From NCBI RefSeq assembly GCF_009914755.1, contig NC_060927.1: 64,000 nt of DNA; one strand, written 5' to 3'. The notes under the pieces were generated by a model that did no database searches, was not told the DNA's origin, and saw only the letters and a program-made list of their open reading frames with translations. The stretch is from the human T2T-CHM13v2.0 reference genome, Homo sapiens. Each line of letters begins with the position of its first letter. The first letter of the stretch is position 1. Positions 51,707-64,000 of this stretch are shown piece after piece. The position numbers and the translations under genes are program-made.

Positions 51707-52209
51707 TGAAACTGGTCCAACTGTCCCATATAACTGATGTTTACTGTTTTTGTTTTTTGTTTTGTTTTGTTTTTGTTGGGGGTTGGGTTTTTGGGTTTTT
51801 TGGATAAACACAGAAATTAACCCCACTGGTCTGAAAGCTTGAAATTTATATTTGTCTTACCTGAGTTCTTTCCTCAGGAAACCAACCCTCAGGCCCCCTA
51901 GATAGTATCAAGAAACTGAAATTCACCAGATCACTACATCAGGACAATGAGATTCCAGACCTATCGTGATTCCTGTTTACCAACTCCTCTTCCTTATCCC
52001 TCCCTAATGCCTCTTTTCCCACAGGTACTTACATTTCTTCCCTGCTGTATAAATCTCTAGTTTTAGTCAGTTGAGGAGATGGATTTAAGAATCACACCTC
52101 ATTTCCTTGTCTGCAACACCTGTATAAAGCTCTCCTCCCTGGCTCAGTGATTGACTTCCTGTGCTGCAAGCAGCAGGACCTAGACAAAGCTCCTGGCATT
52201 CAGGTAACA
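51707..52209 (+). mobile_element. LTR26-family ERV1 solo LTR
   Basis: TGAAACTGGTCCAACTGTCCCAT...TTTGGATAAACACAGAAATT...GGTAACA; 4-bp TSD ATAT. Confidence 0.8.
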
Positions 52210-52788
52210 ATATTAGTACCGAAACACAAATACGTACAGTCATTTATACCAAATATGTACCAAAAACATACCAAGGTGAAATATTGTTTATGGTTCTCAT
52301 ATTGCTGGATTTCATGAAACAACATTTTTGAAAGATTAAACAGAATTTTTTTCTTTTCTTTCTGAGCAAGAACATTCACACACAGTAAAACAAAAGGGTT
52401 GTCATTCATTATTACCAACATTTTATATAAGAAATGATATTTTAATAACCCCCAAAAGGTAAAAAAGACCCAATCTGAAAATGAGACAGCTTTGTAAGTT
52501 CAATCAATTTAACCTAGTGACAAACTTTCCAGATGGTTCTAATTATTCTTATTTTTCTATGACTGTAAAAACATTGTTAGAACCTAGAGTCAGACAGTAG
52601 ATCAGTGTTTGAGAACCATTTGTGCAGGCTACACTTAAAGTTTTTGTTTCAATAGCCAACGCTACTGATGTATATTTAATTTATATTTGGAAAAATTAAC
52701 TTGACCTAATTAGATGATTATGTCCCTCAAACAATCACACAGTCCTTCACCACTGAGATTAAGTGAATGTTCATAAATTTCTGTGCTT

Positions 52789-53650
52789 AAAACTAAAACC
52801 ACCATGAGATACCTTACTCCTACAAGGATGGCCATAACTAAAAAATAAAAAAAAAATAGATGTTGGCATGCATGTGGTGAAAAGGGAACACTTTTACACT
52901 GCTGGTGGGAATGTAAACTAGTACAACCAGGATAAAAAACAGTATGGAGATTCCTAAAAGAACTAAAAATAGATCTACTATTTGATCCAGCAATCCCACT
53001 ACCGGGTATCTTCCTAGAGGAAAAGAAGTCATTATATGAAAAATACCCTTGCACATGCATGTTTATAGCAGCACAATTCACAATTGCAAAAATATTGAAC
53101 CAGCCCAAATGCCCATCAATCAAATGGGTAAAGAAAATTATACATATATACATACGTGTGTGTATGTGTAGTGTGTATGTGTGTTTCCTTCAGCCAAGGA
53201 AATGAGACATCACTCTTAAATCCATCTCCTCAACTGACTAAAATTAGAGGTTTATACAGCAGGGAAGAAATGTAAGTACACACACACACATACATGCACA
53301 CCGTGGAATACTACTCAGACATAAAAGGAGCAAAATCATGTCTTTTGCAGCAATTTGGATGGAGTTAGTGACCAATATTCTAAGTGAAGTAACTCAGAAA
53401 TGGAAAACCAAATACCATATGTTCTAACTTAGAAGTGCGAGGTAAGCTATGAGGATGCAGACATATACACAGTGATATAATGAACTTTGGCAACGTGAGG
53501 TTGGGGGATGAGAAGTGGGTAAGGGATAAAATACTACCAGAGTACACTGCTCAGGTGACAGTGCACGAAAATCTCAGAATTCACCACTAAACAACTCATC
53601 CATGTAATCTAAAACCACCTGTACCCCCAAAACTATTGAAATTAAAAAAA
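52789..53650 (+). mobile_element. 5'-truncated L1PB-type 3' end
   Basis: GATGTTGGCATG..TGTGGTGAAAAGGGAACAC; ends CCCCCAAAACTATTGAAATT(A)n; TSD core TTCTGTGCTT on both sides. Confidence 0.85.
53191..53279 (-). repeat. Inverted 89-bp copy of 52025-52113 (LTR26 segment) inside the L1PB microsatellite
   Basis: 81/89 identity to the reverse complement of 52025-52113. Confidence 0.9.
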
Positions 53651-54280
53651 AATATTCTGTGCTTGATGGGTTGGATGGGGGAAGGAAAGAGATATGGTAT
53701 GTCTTCTCTCCCAGGTCCTTTCTGGGTTATCTTAATGGGTTATCTTGGGAATGAGGCTTGAGGAAAACACTTTTAAAAAGGGGGCATGATCCACTGACTT
53801 TTTTTTTTTTAATGCCTTTCTTTTTTTAACTGCTTAGAATAAAATTATGGCTGTGGAGCATATATTATAAGATGCTGAGTCAAAGGCCCCCAAAATCACA
53901 AATCCTTAGCCCTGACATGCTTGAGATGCTGAACCAGTACTAGTAATTGCCTATGCTATGTTTGCTTATAATGTAAGAAACATATATCCTTTTATGCTAA
54001 TGCTGTTGTAGTCAAATCACCTCCTTGCAGCCAAACTCAATCCCTAACTCACACAAATATAATAAATAGAAAAACAAAAAAAATAATTTCCTCAGTAGCA
54101 AAATATTAAAAAAAAAGCAATGGGAAGACTATATTACTTCACATCTTAAAGATTGGTGGATAATTACATTTGTGTCATAGGTCAGTTTGTTTTGTGAGAC
54201 ATTTAAAAGTACAGTCTGGATGAGCTCATTATTTGTCATTTCATATATAAGAGTTAGACAAAAAGGCATGCTTTTTACAT

Positions 54281-54736
54281 AGGCTATGAGTTGAATTGTG
54301 TCTCCTACCAAAAGACATATTGAAGTCCTAACCTCTATTACCTGAGAATGTGACCTTATTTGGAACTTGGATCCTTTCAGAGGTAATTAGTTAAATTAAG
54401 AAAAGGTCATTCTGGAGTAGGATAATCCTTAATGCAATAGGACTGATATCCTTATAAGAAAAGAAAAAAGAGACTCACAGGAAGAATACCATGTGACAAC
54501 TGAGGTAGAGAGGAAGTGCTGCAGCTGCAAAAGCAAAGGAATGCCGAAGATCAATGGCCACCATCAGAAGCCAGTAAGGGGCAAGGCAGGATTCCATGCA
54601 GAGTCTCAGGGGAAGTGCAGGTCTGCTGATGCCTTGCTTTTGGAGTAGACTCCAGAACTGTAAAAGAATAAATTTCTGTTGTATTAGGCCACGAGTTTGT
54701 GGTACTACATTAGAGAAACCCTAGAAGATAAATACA
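54281..54736 (+). mobile_element. MLT1C MaLR LTR
   Basis: GTTGAATTGTGTC...GAATGTGACCTTATTTGGAA...CTCCAGAACTG..AGAATAAATTTCTGTTG. Confidence 0.8.
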
Positions 54737-55084
54737 ACACAAAAACCAAAATATTTATATTCTAAAATGTATTTTAAGAGTTGCAATTAAGAGTATTATG
54801 AGTCTAATTTGAATAACTTTTCTGGTTATAGATTTTCTGATTTTTTTTGTCTTACATGGTATAGAGACACTAAAAGAAAAAAATAAAAACTGCCTACAAT
54901 CTCAATATCCACAAAAGTCACTCACATTTTACAGTATTTGCTTTCAATATTTTGTGTACAAAATTTGTATATGATAATTTTATGAATGTGTATATGACTG
55001 CCCATTTGTGTATTATGTGGGTGAAAGAAAAAGAAAGACATCATGTAAATAATGTATTACATTCCTCTCTCACTCTTTTGTCCC

Positions 55085-56690
<1,606 letters not shown>

Positions 56691-56749
56691 GAAAGAAATA
56701 TATAAATATATATGGGAATGTACTTTATGACAAAAGCAACCATTTAAAT

Positions 56750-57160
56750 TGGTGGCAGAGGAGCTGGATTATTTATAATAGTAAATGCTATTGGGTCAAG
56801 TAACTAGTTGTATGGGAATATGTATATAGGACATACTTTTTCTTCTTTTCTTATGCTAATACAATTTCCAGATGCACCAGAAATGTACATAATTACAAAG
56901 TAAGGTGTCAAAGTACTTTAAAGTCATACTAGTGAATTTTTTAAACAGTGTTGGAATAGGAAAAGCCATTTTACATATGACATGAAGGCCAGGAACCATA
57001 AAGAAAAAGATGCATACATATAGGTAAATACAAACTTAAAACGTATCTATAGAAAAAATGACACAAAATGCAGATCAACAAAATATGAAGGAAACCTTAC
57101 AATATATTTGGAAAAGGACTACTATCACTCCTGTACATGAGGCTTTAAAGAGCTAGTAAT
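56750..57160 (+). mobile_element. Ancient L1ME ORF2 3' fragment
   Basis: GTAAATGCTATTGG, AATTTCCAGATG, GGAACCATAAAGAAAAAGAT. Confidence 0.5.
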
Positions 57161-58464
57161 AGTAGTGTTTGCCATTATTATTATTTATTATTTTCATTTT
57201 CTTTCCAGTACAGCTTAAAGTCCCTTGTCATCATTTTAACATATCTCTCTCACTCAGAAGCATCTTCAACACATTTGCTTTTTCCTGTCCCATTCTTGGA
57301 CTTTTGAATAAATATAATAGTCTGTATTTCAAAGGCATTTTATAAACTAACGTACATATTTTTAAAGCCCTCAGAAACTACATTTCAATATTCTATGTAA
57401 TTCAAACCATGCCTGAGTTAAGAATTTTCTTACTCTGAATCACATAGTAAGATAAAGATGGGATTTTCCAGCATGCTACATTTTATGGATAGACACCAAG
57501 ATCAGTTAGTTTGAATTATTCCTCTACATGAATCATTCTCGGGAGTAACTTAGGCACTTAGAGTGAATAAACTTTGGTTCTGAAAGAGTTAATACAACTC
57601 CTTAACTTTCCCACAATTGTTTTCATGTATTACTGGAATTAGACGTCATATATAATATGTATTCATTGTAAAAAGTCTCTCTCTTACAAAAGGAACTACT
57701 GTAATTCAAGAAACCATTTTAAACTAATATGTATTTCATGATTTCCAGTTTATTGCATGCTTAAAAATATTGTACTGTTTGAATCCCACAACAATCTTTT
57801 GAATAATGAGAATATAATTTTGTAAGATCCCCATTTTATACATGAAGCTGGTAAGGTTAACATAAATGATATAAATTGCTAAAGGACATTCAGCAAGAAA
57901 AACTTCAAGCCTAGCACTGTAGCCTGTTTCATTATTTTTATTCTATTTATGTTTAATTGTTTATAATATATTTTTTGAACCCATGGTTGTTATTACCTTT
58001 GTCCTTACAAGAGAAAGAAGCAAAGAGAGTTAAGCTACATTATTGGTCACAAGATATTGTATCAGAAGAGAGAATCTAATAGCATTACAGGGTCATTGCT
58101 TTCTAATCATAAAATACAAATAGCATAGAATCTCTAATTTAAAAACATATTGATTATATGTATTAAGATCATGGTTGCTTTTAGCAAATATTACCAATCC
58201 AAAATTGAGGGAATTTTGAAGGACTGTTTCACAGTGATCAGAGGTATACTTGGAAGCTCTAATTCCTACTGCTAAGAAGGTAACACACTCATCCTCTTTT
58301 CAAGCGCATGGTTTCCTAACACATCCGAAGCATAGTTAATGATTTTTTTCTCAAACGTGACCATGTTGGCCTCTTTGACTGTAGAAATCACAGAGGAAAT
58401 TCATTACCTTTAGGAACTTGTCTTTTCTTCACATTTCTTTTTTAAAAAAAGAAGAAATACCAAC

Positions 58465-58600
58465 CATGGTGTAGGTCATGCTGATGGAACAGCTAAAGAC
58501 CTTTATCCCCTCCCTGAAGAAGCTCACAGTGGAATGAAAGCCATCAGGCGCGTCAATCAACAAGGATGGTAAATGCACGTGTACATCAAGGAATGCATTA
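58465..58600 (-). other. Candidate exon (136 bp; alternative donor gives 58408-58600)
   Basis: Minus strand TGCTATTTGTTTTAG|TAATG...ACCATG|GTTGGT or ...AAAG|GTAATG; retained CpGs; one open frame. Confidence 0.3.
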
Positions 58601-60013
58601 CTAAAACAAATAGCACTAAGCAATCTCTTATAAATCCTCCCAAATCTAGCAGTGTTCAAAGTTCAATTATTACTGTGGACAAGACATCCATGCTAAAGTG
58701 AATCTAGAATTTCACCTAATTTTCTTCCTTACTCATTTCATAATTTCCACTCTATATTTTAATTTATTCTCTTTTCCCCTTAGCAGAAACGTACATATTA
58801 AACTACTAGATAGATAACTGGTTAAAGTAGAATTGTAGCCTTTTTTTCACAACACGTAATTTTGGGTAAATCCAAACCAAAGCAACAGCAATTTTTAGAA
58901 AAAAGCCACAACGGACACTATACCTACCCACAACAGATAGTTATTCTCTATCTGCCTGAGAACGTGTGTTTGTTATAATCACTTCATGACAAGAACAACA
59001 AATGAGTCTCCCAAGGCTGCCAAGCCTAGAGCTGTCAGCCGGATCTACAAAAACAGAGCCTCCGTATTTGTGGCTTTCTGACTGACAGCCACGTTTTCAA
59101 CACTTCTGGTGATCAGTTGGGTTCAGTGTCACCTACTATGTGATTTGTAATTTAAATTCCCAAGTAATTAGAGCCTAATATTACTCCTTAAACATTTCTC
59201 ATTCTCCTTTTTAACTTGTTTATCTACCTGTTCTTGAAAATAGCTTTTCTTCCTAAAACAACCTTTTAGCTTCACTTGAAATAAAGGTTGAGTAGTAATG
59301 AATTAGTCAGGGCTGTTTACTAACCTTCACAGCTCACTGAAGGTCTTTGGTAACAGAGGTATAGCTAAATAGCTAAATATAAGTAGGGGACAGTGAATAT
59401 GTGTGCATGCCTATATTTGTTTTTTAGCTACTTTTTTTCGCTGGTGCAGAACAAGTGCAACATGAATCAGAAAAAAAAAAAAAGGAAATCACAAAGACTT
59501 TGAGAAGATAATATGCTGCGGCTGATGAAACATAAAAATCTAACCTGCCAAGCCACTGACAGTCTATTCTCCTTTCTCCTCTGATGCTTTGCTCTGCAAA
59601 GTGTCAGGGCAGTGACTGAAGCAGAGAAGCAGCAGCTTGTTTTCCCTTCACATTAATTTTATCTTCCTAAAACTTAACCACTTATCTTCTAAACTATTTT
59701 ATCACTCACTTCCCCTCCAACACACACTAAATGCTCTAAAGCTATGTTATCCTCAGAAGCCCTTTCCCTTGTGTCAGGCCCAGTTTTTTCTTGATGAAAA
59801 CTTTTAAGGATGGCAACCAATGGTTATATAAGAATCTTCCCAATTCAGAATTCAACCAAAAATTTCAGGGTGCTTTACTCTGAAAAATAAAGATAAACGA
59901 GGTAAATGTTAAGACACATCTAATTTAGGCTGTGATGAACAGTACAACTGGTCGATTAGATTGGCAAACTATATACCATGATCATATATCTTATACAAAA
60001 CAAACTATATGTT

Positions 60014-60072
60014 TGTATGTATGTATATGTGTGTGTGTGCGCGTGTGTGCGCATGCGTGTGTGTGTGCATAC
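60014..60072. repeat. Alternating purine-pyrimidine (TG/CG/TA) tract
   Basis: TGTATG...TGTGTGCGCGTGTGTGCGCATGCGTGTG... Confidence 0.9.
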
Positions 60073-60649
60073 TCTGAAATAACATACACAAATAGGCCAA
60101 CAAAGGTTAGCTGTCCAATGGAGTGGGGGCATGTAAAGAATAATTTTTTTGACAATATAATGAATTTTATATTGTGCTTCAACTCATATATTATGTATGA
60201 ATAGTGTTTTCAAAGAAGCATAGGTTAATTTTTTTATTAAAAAAAGAAATTTAAGAATATGGAATTACATAACCCAAGTTGAATGTATTAGCACATAATT
60301 TTTTTTTCAGCTTATCTGACCAGAATTCCTGACCCTCAGACTTGCTACAGGCAAAATTTCCAAATAGAAACTGTATTTCAAAAATAATGACAAGGATTAA
60401 AGTTTAGAATAGAAATATTTTTATCAATTCTAATAACACATGAAATGGTTAACAAAGCATATTGCTTCCATCTAATACACAGCAAACCTCTAAGTGAAAG
60501 GAAAAAAAGACTTTCAGATATAAAAAAAACATAGGAGAGAGAAAGGTCTTTTAGAATTTTCAGGAATTCAGTCACTCTATTAGAGATCTGAGGCCTCTGT
60601 GCAGAATACATTTGCTCCCTTCCCCACCTAAATTGTACTTGTACTTAGC

Positions 60650-61002
60650 TTTAAAAAAACTTCAACAAATAATAATTATATTTATGGGGTACAATAGGAT
60701 GTTTTGATATATGTTTACACTGTGTAGTGGTTAAGCTAATTAACATACACATCACCTCACATACTTATTTTTTGTGGTGAGAACATTTAAACTCTACTCT
60801 TTTAGCAAATTTGAAATTATACAGTATTGTTAACTATAGTCATCAAGCTGTGCAATAGATCTTGCAAATTTCTTCCTCCTGTCTAACTATAATTTTGTAC
60901 CTTTTGAAAAACATCTCCCCTTTCCCCATCCTACCAGCCCCATGTTCTCTGGTGACTACCATTCTATTGTCTATTCCAATGAGTTTGACTTTTTTAGATA
61001 AC
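60650..61002 (-). mobile_element. L1MA 3' end fragment
   Basis: TATTTATGGGGTACAA...GTGGTGAGAACATTTAAA...ATGAGTTTGACTTTTTTAGAT. Confidence 0.8.
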
Positions 61003-61016
61003 ACTTAGCTTAATTC

Positions 61017-61530
61017 AGGGTTTTCAGCCTGGAGCTCATGGTTCCCCAAAGCATCACTTCATAGAGAGAATTCAGAGAGTCTGTGAACTTGGGTAAGCAA
61101 AAAGTTATTTCTTTATTTTCATCTAAATCTACCTGAAAGTTAACATTTCTTCAATTACAAATGTCAACATCAACCACTGTTGCATCAGCAGTACCAGCAA
61201 CTTTGCCACCAAAAAAAGATACCACAGGTATTTTTACATCATCTTTCAATTGTTACATAGATCTCAAAATGCTACTAATATTTACGCATATTACCACCTC
61301 AGAACTACACTGGTTGTTATGTCTGTTGCTAGATCTTGTTTGCAATGCTTTAATAAAGCAGCATAAATTTGTTTTTAAAAATGTTTTGACAACGGTATTT
61401 TATTATTCTTGATTTCCTTGAAAATTCATGTATTTCATTATATGCATCCAAAGATATCCTATGAAAAGACCTATAAGCTTCACGAAATTGCCAAAGAAGT
61501 CCATGGCACAAATAAAGTTAAACCCTCTTG
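61017..61530. mobile_element. Charlie4a-like hAT DNA transposon
   Basis: CAGGGTTTTCAGCCTGG...AGAATTCAGAGAGTCTGTGAACTTGG...GTCCATGGCACAAA..AGTTAA. Confidence 0.75.
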
Positions 61531-63588
61531 TTGCCATTTAGTCTGAAGCAGCCAATTCTCTTTAGATGTCATTCCCCTGTTCCCACGTTGCCCTGTGGGT
61601 TCCTCCATCCAAGCCCTTACCACCACACAGTTATCCTCAGTTTCTTGTCTGCTGCCCTAATACCTAATACAATGACTGACATAAAACAGATGCACAAGAA
61701 AAGATTTTGCAAGTGAAAAGAACCAGCAACATAAAGGAACTGGGTACCCAAGGTAAAGAGAGAATTAATATGTGAAATAATCCACAGCCTTTGCTGGATC
61801 CAGTCCCTATCAATATAATTAACAGAACTGAATTCTGACAGTTTGAAACTAGTTTTATTGCCCCAAATATTATACTAAAAATAGAAAATATTTATATTCT
61901 CCCCAGTAAACAACATTTTTTCTTATACACATAACATATTATCCTTCTATTATATTTACCATATTGTGCCTTTGGCCAGAGTTGTAAATATATGTATGTA
62001 TACATATAGACACATACATACATGTCTGACTATACATGTGTGCATTTTTCTCAAAGTAGATTATAAACTCCTCTGGTGTAAGTACTAAGGATTATTATAC
62101 AATTTTTTAAAACCATGTTTTTTTTAGTTTAACTGGAGGAGTGACAACCTGCCAGAAGCTGAGCAACGACCTCAACTCAATTTTATAGGTTCTTTTTATA
62201 CTTAAGTATAACTGAAGATTCTTCTATCTCTCCGCTCACCCTTGACAAGAATTGCTTTTATGGTCCACAGGGAAGGGAGGCCCTTGTAAAATAAACAAAC
62301 TTTAAAATATAAAGTGGCCGAACTTAAAAACACTTTTGAAGAAGAAAAGAAAAACTAAGAGTTCTGAAGAGAACAAATATATGTTTGTTTGTTAAAGTAG
62401 AGGAATACTCTTTGTTAAAGGAAGCAAATGAGATACTAACATTGATGAGCTGGAAAAGGGGCTTCAGATTTGTTCAGGGAATACAGTGCTGGTGCATGTG
62501 TTAGTTGAATTTTCAGCAGTTAGAACAAAAATTCTATTAATGATCGAGAGGCTAGTTTCCTCAACAGGATAATGTCTTTTTTATTTTTAATCACTGAATT
62601 CACCAAAATGTTTGATACCATATTTTACACATAGTATGTACTCAGTGTTTGTTAAAATGATTCAATGGTTTATTGTCTGAACCCACTTCTCATCTCCGGT
62701 GGTATAAAATGGGACCACATAGTGAAATAAACCTGAGTTACTCTATTTGAGATTCAACTGCTGGGAGACATACTTAACACGTGCAGATTCCATCCACGAC
62801 TCATAAGACTTTCTGATGAAAAGTCTACATGCATCAGTAAATCTAATCTAAAAATGGCAAGATCCGTAGGACTACATTCTTCAGATATATATGCAATTAT
62901 TAACTGTTTCGCAAGAATTATTGCAATTTCTTGTCTTGACAAGTATTGTAGAAGATTAAGCTTTTAAATCTTCCTTTACCTGGCAATTCATATCGTTAGC
63001 ACCATGTTTTCCCAGGCATTGTAATCTAATTTATGTAATAAAATTAGATTACTACCTATTCTACATGGTTCTCAAATGCTCTAATTGGTAAGAAAACTGA
63101 AATCAAATTAATAACTTGCATAGTGAAAAGGGGTTTGGACCAGGACTTCCGTATCATGGGTTCTAATTAATCAGGTGACCATATGTCTGTGTGCCATGTG
63201 TACTGTTAGGTCCCCTTGAATTTCTAAAATGTTTTGTACCTGTGAAGTCCAAAACGGAAGATAAAGTTGTTATGACAGAGTGTCATTTGACTCAGTGCCA
63301 TCACAGACATCACTTCTAGCTCCTTAAGCAGAACTACTTTTAAGTCTCATTTGATATCATGTCAGGATAGGATCAATAAAGTCCCAGACTATAACCAGTT
63401 AACTATTCCTGGAGCAATGCTCGTTACCAAACAACTCAGTCAAGCTTATTAGAAGACTCAAAGACAGCCAACTCTCATGCACTTATATTTTTGAATATGC
63501 AAAAAAATTTAATTAAATTGTAGTAAGCATGAGCAAAAGATGTGACTAAGACACACTACGAAGCATTTATGTTTTAAAAATTATATAT

Positions 63589-64000
<412 letters not shown>

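Noticed and set aside
58475-58568. Plus-strand exon (TAG|GTCATG...GATG|GTAAAT)
   Set aside because: Acceptor lacks a polypyrimidine tract; the minus-strand reading has better signals.

Overview
AT-rich hominoid (probably human) non-coding DNA, mostly transposable-element derived; no recognisable intact protein-coding gene. The long ORFs are broken L1 ORF1/ORF2 or THE1-int fragments; the rest look like Alu/LTR/random frames. Main content: an L1PA8A-like L1 entering from the left edge; an old L1 piece interrupted by a ~100 bp young L1PA2/L1HS-type 3' end; a truncated THE1; and a two-LTR LTR8-family ERV1 provirus (8294-23265). Its 5' LTR was split first by a ~265 bp copy of nearby DNA with palindromic filler, then by a full-length L1PA7-like element with an apparent ~300 bp 3' transduction. 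Its internal region holds a TSD-flanked processed 3'-UTR retrocopy. The rest has solo LTRs, old L1M/L2/MIR pieces, DNA transposons and five Alus plus a FLAM. Best leads: at least five local templated duplications/fold-backs (repair scars), three candidate minus-strand exons of a probable spliced lncRNA (consistent with the plus-strand bias of the large L1s), and a motif-dense enhancer candidate near 25.1-25.7 kb. Subfamily names come from remembered consensus sequences, not a RepeatMasker run; identities were counted by hand.
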